Shown here piece by piece: positions 39,860-50,596 of a DNA stretch of 64,000 nt (positions are counted from its first letter, which is position 1; each line of letters starts with the position of its first letter). The notes below the pieces were generated by a model. That model ran no database searches, had not been told where the DNA came from, and was given only the letters and a program-made list of their open reading frames with translations. The stretch comes from a virus, in the IMG/VR virus record IMGVR_UViG_3300032304_000672, positions 1-64,000 of that record, one strand, 5' to 3'. The position numbers were made by a program, and so were the translations under genes.

Positions 39860-41770
39860 ATGCCAAATTATTCAAGTTTATCAACCCAGATCGATGCGAT
39901 CAAGAGCGAAATATCATCCTCTCTCGCAGCATCTGCCTATTCCGCTCAAGATCTAGTATATGTAGCCAAAGCGCTACAAGCGCTAGGTTCAGTAGTTGCA
40001 CCAGATGGTGTATCTAACATTACAATTAACGACAATATTTATCTTGGCACAACAGCAGAAGCGTTTGCAACCACTGCTGCACTAACAAATCCTAATTTAG
40101 TAATTACTGTGAGCAAAGATGACTACGCACAAATAGCATTTTCAAATAGATCTTCAAATGCCAATGCATCAACAGATATCATTCTTTATTCAAATAATGG
40201 TAATGACGCATCTGGTTATATTGATATGGGTATTACATCTTCTAACTTTGCCGACCCAGACTTCACAGTTACTGGAAAGGGCGATGGCTATATATTTATG
40301 GTCGGAGCAGAAGCTGGCACAACAGATAGAGGAAACCTAGTATTTGCAACTTCAAATACTGGAACACAAAACAAAATTATTTTCGCTGCAGGAGGATTGG
40401 CTTCTGATAACGAACAAATGTCGATTACTCCAGATCAGAATGTGCATATCGAAATTGACACTCCGTCTACCTCACCTACAACTGGTGCACTGACTGTAGT
40501 CGGCGGAGTTGGTATTTCTGGTGACGTTAACATCGACGGAACAATTACATTTGGCGGAGCGGGAACCACAGTAGAGACTTCAAACCTTGCAGTTACAGAT
40601 CCTCTTATCTTTACAGGAAATGAAAACCAAGGAGATGCACTTGACCTAGGATTTGTTGGAGAATTTGCAAATCCAATTGCAACAATTACTAAGACGGTTT
40701 CTAACAAGGCCCTTACATCTAACGTAGCAACACTTACTACATCAACAACCCACGGATTCTCCGTCGGAGACATTGCTGTTATCACAGGAGTGGACGCAAC
40801 ATTCAATGGAACTTATTATGTAAAAGCAGTTCCTACAACTACAACATTTACATTTGATAAAACTAATGCTAACGTAACTTCAGCAGCAGCAACAGGCTCA
40901 GTCTCAGTATCAGGTCAACGCAGATTTGCGGCGGTAGCAAGAGATGCCTCTGACGGAGTCATTAAATTCTTAACAAACATTACAACAAAGCCTACAACTA
41001 CAATTAACTTTGCGGAGGCAGGAACAGTATACGCAGACATACTAGTAGATGATATTACAGCAGATGCAATTACTGCAACATCAGCCACAATTGGCGATGT
41101 ATCAAATACAGAGCTACAGTATCTCAATAACGTATCTTCAAATATTCAAACACAGTTAGATGCTAAACTAGCATCAGCAACAGCGGCAACAACATATGCC
41201 CCTATTGCTTCTCCAACATTAACTGGAACACCATTATCAACAACAGCGGCAGTAGATACAAATACAACTCAAATTGCTACAACAGCATATGTAGTTGGAC
41301 AAGGATATCTAAAGTCTGCTACAGCATCTTCAACATATGCACCATTAACAAATGCTAACCTTGTTAGCCCAGTTCTACAGTCTCCAGAAGAAGTAATTAC
41401 AGTAGCTGCAACTGCAGCAACTGGCACAATTAACGTAGATCTCGCAACATCTGCAATTCATTATTACACTGCAAACTCTTCAGCAGACTGGACATTTAAT
41501 TTTAGAGGAAATGGATCAACAACATTAAACTCTATGCTAAATGTTGGCGGAACAATATCAGTAGCATTTATGATTACAAATGGTGCTACTCCATATAAGC
41601 CAGCAGCAACATCAGTTCAAGTAGATGGAGTTACAGTTACTCCTAAATGGAACGGTGGAACGGCACCTTCTACAGGAAATGCTAACTCAATAGACGTTTA
41701 TACATTTACAATTATTAAAACAGCATCAGCAACATATACTGTTCTTGGAACACAATCTAAGTTTGCATAG
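39860..41770 (+). CDS. Tail fibre paralog 1
   Basis: Shared ASTD.I.YS..G...G.IDMGIT and NKALT.NVATLT domains. Confidence 0.8.
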   Translation: MPNYSSLSTQIDAIKSEISSSLAASAYSAQDLVYVAKALQALGSVVAPDGVSNITINDNIYLGTTAEAFATTAALTNPNLVITVSKDDYAQIAFSNRSSNANASTDIILYSNNGNDASGYIDMGITSSNFADPDFTVTGKGDGYIFMVGAEAGTTDRGNLVFATSNTGTQNKIIFAAGGLASDNEQMSITPDQNVHIEIDTPSTSPTTGALTVVGGVGISGDVNIDGTITFGGAGTTVETSNLAVTDPLIFTGNENQGDALDLGFVGEFANPIATITKTVSNKALTSNVATLTTSTTHGFSVGDIAVITGVDATFNGTYYVKAVPTTTTFTFDKTNANVTSAAATGSVSVSGQRRFAAVARDASDGVIKFLTNITTKPTTTINFAEAGTVYADILVDDITADAITATSATIGDVSNTELQYLNNVSSNIQTQLDAKLASATAATTYAPIASPTLTGTPLSTTAAVDTNTTQIATTAYVVGQGYLKSATASSTYAPLTNANLVSPVLQSPEEVITVAATAATGTINVDLATSAIHYYTANSSADWTFNFRGNGSTTLNSMLNVGGTISVAFMITNGATPYKPAATSVQVDGVTVTPKWNGGTAPSTGNANSIDVYTFTIIKTASATYTVLGTQSKFA

Positions 41771-41779
41771 GGGGACTAA

Positions 41780-42643
41780 GTGCCAATAATTACAACAATA
41801 CGTGGCAATCTTAGGCCATTCGGTAAAAGAGCTACATTTTTAAGAGATTCAACAGGTGGAGATATTTCTACCGCTGGTTCTTATAGAGTACATACTTTTT
41901 CCAGCATTGGCACTACAACTTTTAATGCAGGCGCAAATGGATCTGTAGAGGTTTTAGTTTTAGCTGGAGGAGGCTCTGGTGGCCCAGGCCAACCAGGATT
42001 TTGGGAAATTGGCGGTGGCGGTGGAGCAGGAGGATTAATTTATAATTCATCTGTTTCTGTTTCAGAAGGACCAATTACGGTTACAGTAGGAGACGGAGGG
42101 CTTGGTAAATCTGGCAATACAGGCGATGACCCAGGACTACCTGGACAAAACTCAGTATTCGGATCACTAACAGCAATTGGAGGCGGCGGAGGAGCAGCTA
42201 ATTATTCAAGTACCAACCCAGCTTATGTTCCTTATATGAATGGAGGCTCAGGTGGTGGAGGACAAGGTAACTTTGCATCAGTCAGAGGATTAGGTACTTC
42301 AGGACAAGGAAACAACGGAGGATTTTCTACAGCAAATGCAGATAACTCTGGCGCAGGCGGAGGAGGCGGAGCAGGAGCCGTTGGCAACAATGCTTCAGGC
42401 AACAGTGGCGGATCAGGTGGATCAGGTTTATCAGTATTTGGTACAACTTACGCAGGCGGAGGAGGAGGTTCACATTCTTCAAGTGGGAGTGGAAGTATGG
42501 GCGGAGGAGGCTCAGGAGGAGGCGGAGCAGGCGGAAACAACAATGGGACAGATGGACTCGGCGGTGGTGGCGGAGGAAATCGTGTTGGAAATAGATCTGG
42601 CGACGGCGGATCTGGAGTAGTTATAGTAAGGTATATACCTTAG
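41780..42643 (+). CDS. Glycine-rich domain virion protein
   Basis: YRVHTF...AGGG...GGSGVVIVRY. Confidence 0.8.
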   Translation: MPIITTIRGNLRPFGKRATFLRDSTGGDISTAGSYRVHTFSSIGTTTFNAGANGSVEVLVLAGGGSGGPGQPGFWEIGGGGGAGGLIYNSSVSVSEGPITVTVGDGGLGKSGNTGDDPGLPGQNSVFGSLTAIGGGGGAANYSSTNPAYVPYMNGGSGGGGQGNFASVRGLGTSGQGNNGGFSTANADNSGAGGGGGAGAVGNNASGNSGGSGGSGLSVFGTTYAGGGGGSHSSSGSGSMGGGGSGGGGAGGNNNGTDGLGGGGGGNRVGNRSGDGGSGVVIVRYIP

Positions 42644-42646
42644 ATT

Positions 42647-43366
42647 TTAGTTAAATCTTTTTTTAACCCAATGATTTTTTTTATACCCACCCCAAAAATG
42701 TTTTCTTAATTTTTGTACGTAATGGGTTTGAGCATCTTCGTTATACTCATTAGACTCAGATCGCCACTCGTCCCTTTTAAAAGGAATTATTTGATACATA
42801 GGCGTTCCTATTGGAATAATCCCAGTAAAATTATTTTTTAATAAAAACGGAAGATTAGATCCTTCTTGAGATTGATTATAAGTATCACAATCAATAATCC
42901 CAGATAAAGTATAAAAAGGTAAATCTGTTCTATTAAGTGGATGGGTTATAATAGCAGAGTAGCCTTTAGGAAGTTCTGGAATCCATACTGGATGCCACAT
43001 CAATTCAAATTGATAGTACTCTGAAGGTATTGGAAGCTTATGTTTTCCTTGATTTCTAACCCCCATAATATCAGGCTTTGTTGGATATTGATAAGCAAAT
43101 GCTTTCTGCTGATTGCCATTGTCATTTAATGATATATTTATCTCTTGCCAGGTTTCCTGGATATATCCCATAGATAAAGAGTCTAAAAATGGCATACACA
43201 TTTTAATTGTTCTATCTGTGGTTCCAGAGCTATCAAAACTAGGCTTGCCATTTTGAAAAGCTGGTATATCCTTATACCAATCTGGCAAATACTCTCTAGA
43301 TGGCCTAGGAGCTTTTACAGAAAGCTCAGTAAGCTTACTTACCGCATTAAACTTAATAATTTGCAT
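42647..43366 (-). CDS. Conserved phage hypothetical protein (KMCMPFLD...GIID.D...GTP..QIIPFKR)
   Basis: Full ORF on the opposite strand, divergent from an oxygenase. Confidence 0.75.
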   Translation of the reverse strand: MQIIKFNAVSKLTELSVKAPRPSREYLPDWYKDIPAFQNGKPSFDSSGTTDRTIKMCMPFLDSLSMGYIQETWQEINISLNDNGNQQKAFAYQYPTKPDIMGVRNQGKHKLPIPSEYYQFELMWHPVWIPELPKGYSAIITHPLNRTDLPFYTLSGIIDCDTYNQSQEGSNLPFLLKNNFTGIIPIGTPMYQIIPFKRDEWRSESNEYNEDAQTHYVQKLRKHFWGGYKKNHWVKKRFN

Positions 43367-43437
43367 TTTTGCTCTTTTCTGAATAGTATAGTAAACTATA
43401 TCATATAGACCTTATAATTTCAATACCTGGAGGAAGC

Positions 43438-43938
43438 ATGTTAAACGTAACAAAAAATTTTTTATCAGAAAGCCATATTAATATCATATCAAAACATCAA
43501 TCCTTAAATTCATTTTCAGCCACCCAGTCCGAAGATTTTGAAACAATTAAAGAGATAATTAGTCTAATAAAGAATAAAATTAATATAGATTTTTCTACTC
43601 TGGACCTATACCTTGAAAATGTGGGAATTAAAACAAATTTTGCTGGAGAATCTATCCCATTGCACTATGATGCTAGCGGCATCACCCTAGGCAGAAGAGA
43701 ATATGCAGCACATCTTTATTTAAATAATGATTTTACTGGGGGAGAGATTTGCTATCCAAATCAAGAATTTAATGAAAAGCCAGAATGCAACACCCTAATT
43801 ATATTCCCTACTACAGAAGAATACTCTCATGAAATGAAGACAATCCTTTCTGGCGAAAGAAGAGTAATGCTAATTCATTTTACTAGCAATAAAGACCTAG
43901 CCTATACCCACAACATGGCTGGATATAGCTCAATCTAG
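43438..43938 (+). CDS. 2OG-Fe(II) oxygenase
   Basis: HYD, LYLNNDF.GGE, HE and R motifs. Confidence 0.85.
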   Translation: MLNVTKNFLSESHINIISKHQSLNSFSATQSEDFETIKEIISLIKNKINIDFSTLDLYLENVGIKTNFAGESIPLHYDASGITLGRREYAAHLYLNNDFTGGEICYPNQEFNEKPECNTLIIFPTTEEYSHEMKTILSGERRVMLIHFTSNKDLAYTHNMAGYSSI

Positions 43939-43978
43939 ACAGATGCAAATTTATCAAATATCGAGTATAATGTAAATT

Positions 43979-44937
43979 ATGGCTATCTCAAGACTAGCAA
44001 CATCTAATCCAGCATCCAATACAGATATACTTTTGTATACTGGATCAAGAACTATTCTATCTTCAGTTATTGCTACAAATAAATCTTCAGATCCCGCCAC
44101 AATTAGAGTATGGGTTGTCCCATTAGATCAGGATGCAACTGCTGCAAATCATGTATTTATTTCTTACAATGTATCAATTGGCGGAAACAACAGTCTTGAA
44201 ACTTTTAGATTTCCAGTTTTAACTGGAGATAAAGTTTATGTGCGGGCATCAACAGCAGATATTTCATTTAGCCTTTCAGGTATAGATGATACAACAGTTA
44301 CTGGGCTTGAGTATGCGACCTTAGAGGCGCTTATTCTGGGCTTGGCATAGGAGATATAGTATAATAACAATATGGCAAATTTCGGGAATGTAAAGTCAAC
44401 TTCAGTAGGAACCTCGGCGGTAAACCTAAAGGTTGTAACTACCCCTACTCTTGTAACAGGATGTAATATTCTAAACAAGACTGGATCAACTGCCTCAATA
44501 TCTCTTTATGTAACAAACACCTCAGTAGATTACTACATATTTAAAAACAAACAGATTGACGGAAATACAAATATAGAGGCAATAACAGGAAACAAGATTG
44601 TCCTAGTAAGTGGCGATACATTAAAGGCAATATCAGATGTTTCAGCCGCCTTTGATATAATTGTTTCTACATTGGACGGATTCTAATGGCCACAATATCT
44701 AACCCAAATGAGGTCTCAGACCTCAGCTTTGCAAATAACACATTTTATGGATTTAAGATTATTGCCAATACAGGCAAGTTCTACGTCCATGTAATAAATG
44801 ACGGGTCAACCGTAGAATTACCCGTAGATGACGTACTAAAAGATAATCAGTATAGAACTTGGATTTGGACCAAAAATACTGTACAATTTAGTTGGGACGG
44901 CACAAAGAAGACACACCTTAAGATGGAGATAAAATAA
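43979..44937 (+). CDS. Three small virion proteins (43979-44350, 44372-44686, 44686-44937)
   Basis: Paralogy with 39365; leaderless starts. Confidence 0.7.
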
Positions 44938-47354
44938 TGACACAAATTATAGATTTAGGCAAACTTAGATTTCACTGGGCAGACGCATGGAGTTCTTCCA
45001 CAGAATACGAATTAAACGACGTAGTCAAATACGGTGGAAACGCATATGTTTACACAAACGCAGTAGCCACAACTAGCAACCTCCCAACTAATACCACATA
45101 TTGGAAAACAATGGTGGAAGGAATAAACTTCTTGGGTGCATACTCATCTAACACAGCATATAAGCCAGGAGACTCAGTAACACATGGTGCAAACCTTTAT
45201 CTTTGCGAAAATCCATCAACTAGCAACACTCCCCCAAATGCAACATATTGGTCAAAGCTTGCAAGCGGAATTCAATATGAAGGATCATATAATGGAGGAA
45301 CTCAATATGAAAAAGACGATATTGTGTCTTACGGCGGAAGCGTATATATTAGATTGCAAGATGGCGCAGGAAACCTTCCAACAGATGCTACACATTGGGC
45401 AAAATTAGTAGACGGTACATATCCAGCACAAGCTGGCTTAACAAATTATATTTTAAAGACAGACGGTACAAACGTATCATGGACAAATGCCCCAACATTA
45501 GATGATGCAACAATTGTTGACGATTTAATTGTAGGAGGAACAACATATGCTGGAAATGCTGCAGATAATTTTGATACTGACGCAGTATTAACTGGAGCAC
45601 GAGCAGTATTTGATATGGACTCATCTCCATATGGACAGATTGCAGTACACAACTCAAACACAACTTCATCAACAGATGTTATTGCATATTCCGCAAATGG
45701 AGTAGATGCATCTGGTTGGATTGATATGGGTATCACTGGAGAAGATTTTAACCAGGCAACATTTGGAATTACAGGACCAAATGATGGATATATCTTTATG
45801 CAAGCCCCTGAAACATTTACAGAAACTGTAACAAACAAAGCATTAACAAACAACGTAGCGACACTAACTATTGGAGCAAACGACTTTAGAGTTGGAATGC
45901 CAGTAACCGTAACAGGCGTTGACGCAACATTTAACGGCACATATACAATTACAGCCAGAACATCTACAACATTTAGTTATGCAAAAACAGCATCTAACGT
46001 AACATCAACAGCGGCTTCAGGTACAGCAGTTGCTGGTAAAACAGGAGCAGGTAATTTAGTTCTTGCAACTGGCGCAAACGGTACAGATAATAAGATTATA
46101 TTTGCAGCAGGTGGATATGATTCTGGTAATGAGCAAATGAGCATTACCCCTGATGAAAACGTACATATTGAAATTGATACCCCTTCAACATCTGCTTCAA
46201 CTGGAGCACTAACCGTAGTCGGAGGTGTCGGTGTACAGGGAGATATGAACGTCGCAGGAGATGTTTCTATCGTAGGTAACCTATCATTTGGCGGAGGATC
46301 AACAAGCGCAGAAAATCTAGCAGTTACAAACCCACTAGTATTCGTAGGAGATCAAAATAACGCAGATACTCAAGACTTAGGTCTTGTAGGAGAATATTCA
46401 GCTACAGTAACAGTTTCTACAGCTACAGTAAATAATAAAGCATTAACAAACAATGTTGCGACATTAACAACTGCAGCGGCACACAATTTCCTAGTAGGAG
46501 ATAGAATAACAGTCGCTGGAGTAGATGCAACCTTCAATGGTACATATGCACTAACAGCAATTCCAACAGCCACAACATTTAGCTATGCCAAAACAGCATC
46601 AAATGTAACTTCAGCAGCAGTATCGCCAACAGGAACAGCAGATGCTGTAACTCGTAGAGAGTTTGCTGGAGCAGTAAGAGATGCCTCAGATGGAGTATTT
46701 AAATTTTTCCAGGATGCAGTCACAAAGCCATCATCCACAGTTAACTTTGCAGAGGCAGGATTAACATATGCTCCTATTAGAGTAAAAGACATTACTGCAG
46801 ATCAAATTACTGGCTCAGGAAACCTTGCAGTCGGCACAGATAAGCTAACAGTAAATGCTTCAACAGGTGCAGTTGGAATGGCTGGAGCTCTAACTACAAC
46901 AGGACTAATCACAGCAAATGGTGGACTAACTACATCAGGAGCATTAACAGTATCAGGTGGAGCAACATTTACTGGAACAACAGATGTTCAAGAACTTCGT
47001 GAAAATGTAGTTGATGTAACATTATCTTCAAATGCAGGAACATTAGATTGGACTGCAGGAAATATTTATTATATTGCAACAGCACCAACTGGAAACATGA
47101 CTTATAACCTAACAAATCTTCCTGCAACTAATTCAAAGATTATGACCATAAACGTACTTGTTACACAAGGTGCAACTGGTTATATTCCATCTACCTTCCA
47201 AATTGGTGGAGCATCACAAACAATTCGCTGGGCTGGTGGAAGTGCACCAACCCCAACATCTTCAGCAGGAAAGATTGATATATTTAACTTTACCCTACAA
47301 AGAACTACTGCTGGGGCATGGATAGTATACGCAACATCATCCCTAAATTTCTAA
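44937..47354 (+). CDS. Tail fibre paralog 2 with N-terminal CBM5/12-like repeats
   Basis: Three Y...D.V.YGG..Y...P.....W repeats plus the shared fibre domains. Confidence 0.8.
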   Translation: MTQIIDLGKLRFHWADAWSSSTEYELNDVVKYGGNAYVYTNAVATTSNLPTNTTYWKTMVEGINFLGAYSSNTAYKPGDSVTHGANLYLCENPSTSNTPPNATYWSKLASGIQYEGSYNGGTQYEKDDIVSYGGSVYIRLQDGAGNLPTDATHWAKLVDGTYPAQAGLTNYILKTDGTNVSWTNAPTLDDATIVDDLIVGGTTYAGNAADNFDTDAVLTGARAVFDMDSSPYGQIAVHNSNTTSSTDVIAYSANGVDASGWIDMGITGEDFNQATFGITGPNDGYIFMQAPETFTETVTNKALTNNVATLTIGANDFRVGMPVTVTGVDATFNGTYTITARTSTTFSYAKTASNVTSTAASGTAVAGKTGAGNLVLATGANGTDNKIIFAAGGYDSGNEQMSITPDENVHIEIDTPSTSASTGALTVVGGVGVQGDMNVAGDVSIVGNLSFGGGSTSAENLAVTNPLVFVGDQNNADTQDLGLVGEYSATVTVSTATVNNKALTNNVATLTTAAAHNFLVGDRITVAGVDATFNGTYALTAIPTATTFSYAKTASNVTSAAVSPTGTADAVTRREFAGAVRDASDGVFKFFQDAVTKPSSTVNFAEAGLTYAPIRVKDITADQITGSGNLAVGTDKLTVNASTGAVGMAGALTTTGLITANGGLTTSGALTVSGGATFTGTTDVQELRENVVDVTLSSNAGTLDWTAGNIYYIATAPTGNMTYNLTNLPATNSKIMTINVLVTQGATGYIPSTFQIGGASQTIRWAGGSAPTPTSSAGKIDIFNFTLQRTTAGAWIVYATSSLNF

Positions 47355-47364
47355 GGAGAAATAA

Positions 47365-48159
47365 ATGCCATTTATTAGCAGCGTAAGAGGTTCACATGGT
47401 GCACAAAGTAGACTGCGTGGATTTATCCCAACAATTTCAAATTCTACTGGCGGAACAATTACAAATTCTGGTGCATATAGAATACATACATTTACTACAA
47501 TTGGAAACTCAACACTTACTTTATCAGGAGCTGGAACTGTTGAGTATTTAATTCTCGCAGGCGGCGGTGGCGGCGGATCTGACGGAGATGTTGGCGGCGG
47601 AGGAGGAGCAGGAGGTCTTCTTTCTGGAAGCGTATCTCTTTCTGCAGCAAACTACACTATAACTGTAGGAGATGGAGGAATAGCAGGCAGCACTACCGCT
47701 TGGGGTGGTTCAGATTTTTCTGGCACAGGTGCTGGAACTAATGGAACTCAAGGAAACAATTCTATTTTTAATGGTTTAACTGCAATTGGCGGAGGTTACG
47801 GAGGTACTCGTGAGGCGGCTGGAGGTAACGGTGGCTCGGGAGGCGGCGGTGGAGACAACTCTAAGCCTGGAGGCTCAGGAACAGCGGGTCAGGGAAATCG
47901 TGGTGGAGATGGACCAGGAATGAATACCCAAGGTGGGCAAGACTCAGGTGGTGGTGGTGGTGCGGGAAGCGCAGCCTCATTTAATAATCCAGGATCAGGA
48001 CTTGCAAATTCAATTTCTGGAAACTCAGTTACTTACGCTGCAGGCGGCAGAGGAATTCAGCTAAATACGGCGCAGGCTGCTGCAAACAACACTGGAAATG
48101 GTGGCCCTGGAGTTCGTAAAGGTGGATCTGGTGTAGTAATAGTTCGTTACACAATATAA
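47365..48159 (+). CDS. Glycine-rich domain virion protein
   Basis: Paralog of 41780. Confidence 0.8.
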   Translation: MPFISSVRGSHGAQSRLRGFIPTISNSTGGTITNSGAYRIHTFTTIGNSTLTLSGAGTVEYLILAGGGGGGSDGDVGGGGGAGGLLSGSVSLSAANYTITVGDGGIAGSTTAWGGSDFSGTGAGTNGTQGNNSIFNGLTAIGGGYGGTREAAGGNGGSGGGGGDNSKPGGSGTAGQGNRGGDGPGMNTQGGQDSGGGGGAGSAASFNNPGSGLANSISGNSVTYAAGGRGIQLNTAQAAANNTGNGGPGVRKGGSGVVIVRYTI

Positions 48160-48175
48160 CAGAAAAGAATTAACA

Positions 48176-48559
48176 TTGAGATTTAAATCAACACAAAATA
48201 TATTTAAAGATTTTGGCGAAGTGTTTGAACAATCATGGATGGACTCTAACAAAGTTGGTATGCCACCAAAAACAGAATGGGATTATTCTCGCCAACTACA
48301 AATTGAAGATGTAGATATTTGGGAAGTTATTTATGAACAAGGCGGAGCAGTAGGAGTATATGCTGCATGGTCTCCATATGCTGAATTCTATATGGTAAGA
48401 GTTGGCTGGCAAAAAGAAGCTGAAGGTTATGGAGTTGAAACATATTATGGTCCAGGGGCACAAAAACAAGTACAGAATAGAATGCGTGAAATGAACATTC
48501 CTTTTAGCGTTAATCAAACATGGGTAGAGCCAGAAGATATGTGGTTATATACAAATTGA
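48176..48559 (+). CDS. Hypothetical protein
   Basis: ORF track. Confidence 0.65.
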   Translation: MRFKSTQNIFKDFGEVFEQSWMDSNKVGMPPKTEWDYSRQLQIEDVDIWEVIYEQGGAVGVYAAWSPYAEFYMVRVGWQKEAEGYGVETYYGPGAQKQVQNRMREMNIPFSVNQTWVEPEDMWLYTN

Positions 48560-48756
48560 GGTATAATTAAACCATGCCTGGATACTTGACTAATAGATAT
48601 ATTACCTTGAACCCCGCCGCCGATGTTCAGACGGTAACAACAAGCGTAACAACCCTTGCCTCAAGAGTAACTGAGGCGGAAGCAAGCATAGATGATCTTA
48701 GCCTTAATATAGGCGTTTAAACCTACTTAATGCTATAATTTCAGAAGGAGATACAC

Positions 48757-50247
48757 ATGGCACTTACAACAGAAATTGGTTTAGTTAAAACGGAAATAGC
48801 TTCATCGCTAGCCGCTTCTCTATATACCGCAAAAGATTTAGTATACGTAGCAAAGGCGATTGAAGCCCTAGCAAATGCAGAGACAACAACTGGAGTCTTT
48901 GAGACAGTCGATGTAAACTCTCTTCTATATGTTGGCCCAAATGCAGACACATTTAATACAGCGGCGGGACTAACAAATCCTGTAATCGTTGCACAGATAT
49001 CAAATAATGATTATGCTCAAATAGCATTTAAGAATACCAGCTCAGGCACAAACGCCTCAACAGACTTTATTGCATACTCAAACAATGGAACAGACTCAGA
49101 TGGATACATTGATATGGGTATTACTTCACAAAACTTTTCAGACCCAGATTTTACTATTACAGGAGCTGGCGATGGATATATATTTATGGTCGGTGCCGCA
49201 GGCGGAGCAGATAAGGGTAACTTAGTACTTGCTACATCCGATACAGGTTCACAAAACAAAATTATTTTCGCAGCAGGTGGCTTAGCATCTGATGATACTC
49301 AAATGGTTATTACTCCAAATCAGAATGTACATATTGAAATTCCAACCCCCTCAACATCACCAACTACTGGTGCATTAACAGTTGTCGGTGGCGTAGGTAT
49401 ATCTGGCGATATTAATATTGCTGGTAACGTAACATTTGGTGGAACAGGAACTACTCTTGAAACATCTACTCTTGCAGTAGCAGATCCACTAATATTCGTA
49501 GGTAATGATAATATTACAGATGCCGTAGACCTAGGACTAATTACAGAATATGGCACAGCATTAGCTTCAACACTAACAGGAACAATTACAAATAAAGCAT
49601 TGACTTCAAATGTAGCAACACTTACAACTGGAGCAACTCATGGATTTGCAATCGGAGACATTGTAGTAGTAGCTTCAGTAGATGCAACATTTAACGGAAC
49701 ACATGTAGTTAAAGCAGTTCCAACAACAACAACTTTCACATTTGATAAGACAAACGCTAACGTAACTTCAGCGGCAGTTAGCCCAGCAGGAACATTCTCA
49801 GCGTCAACAAAACGCAGATTCGCAGGAGCAGTAAGAGATGCCTCAGATGGAGTAATTAAAGTATTTAAAGATGCTACAACTAAACCATCTGGCACAGTTA
49901 ACTTCTCAGAAAGCGGACTTGCATTTGCAGATATGAGAATGGCAGGACTAACAGCATCTTCAATTACAGTCGGAGATGTATCAAACACAGAATTTGGATA
50001 TTTGAACGGTGTTACAAGTGCCATTCAAACACAGCTAGATGCTAAAGCCGTATATCCATCACAAACTTCTAACAGTGGTAAATATCTTACTACTGACGGA
50101 AGCGCAACATCTTGGGCAACGGTAGATGCCCTTCCAGCACAAGCAAATAATTCTGGATATTATCTAACCACAAATGGTACAGCGGCATCATGGGCAGCAC
50201 TTGTCACTGATCCGAATCCACAAATATTCATGATGATGGGAGCATAA
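48757..50247 (+). CDS. Tail fibre paralog 3
   Basis: Near-collinear with 39860-41770. Confidence 0.8.
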   Translation: MALTTEIGLVKTEIASSLAASLYTAKDLVYVAKAIEALANAETTTGVFETVDVNSLLYVGPNADTFNTAAGLTNPVIVAQISNNDYAQIAFKNTSSGTNASTDFIAYSNNGTDSDGYIDMGITSQNFSDPDFTITGAGDGYIFMVGAAGGADKGNLVLATSDTGSQNKIIFAAGGLASDDTQMVITPNQNVHIEIPTPSTSPTTGALTVVGGVGISGDINIAGNVTFGGTGTTLETSTLAVADPLIFVGNDNITDAVDLGLITEYGTALASTLTGTITNKALTSNVATLTTGATHGFAIGDIVVVASVDATFNGTHVVKAVPTTTTFTFDKTNANVTSAAVSPAGTFSASTKRRFAGAVRDASDGVIKVFKDATTKPSGTVNFSESGLAFADMRMAGLTASSITVGDVSNTEFGYLNGVTSAIQTQLDAKAVYPSQTSNSGKYLTTDGSATSWATVDALPAQANNSGYYLTTNGTAASWAALVTDPNPQIFMMMGA

Positions 50248-50248
50248 C

Positions 50249-50581
50249 ATGCCAACAACTTATAAGGTACTAGGAAGAAAAGCTTCAGCGGCTACAACAA
50301 TGGAAGAACTCTATGCAGTTCCTTCATCTACTTCAGCAGTAATTTCAACAATTACAGTATGCAATAGAGCGGCGGCAGCAAGAACATACAGAATTGCAAT
50401 CAAGCCAGCAACAGGAACAACATTAGCAAACGAACACTATGTAGCTTATGATGTAACAATTGCAGCAAATGACACAACTGCTTTGACACTTGGTCTAACA
50501 CTTGCAACAGGTAATTCAATTCAAGTATACGCATCTGCAGCAGATTTAACTTTCCAGGCTTTCGGCTCAGAGATATCGTAA
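50249..50581 (+). CDS. Small beta-sandwich virion protein
   Basis: LYAVP...ISTITVCN motif. Confidence 0.7.
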   Translation: MPTTYKVLGRKASAATTMEELYAVPSSTSAVISTITVCNRAAAARTYRIAIKPATGTTLANEHYVAYDVTIAANDTTALTLGLTLATGNSIQVYASAADLTFQAFGSEIS

Positions 50582-50596
50582 TAGGAGGAATAGTTA

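Noticed and set aside
39860-50247. Diversity-generating retroelement among the fibre paralogs
   Set aside because: No reverse transcriptase, and no adenine-specific TR/VR pair seen.
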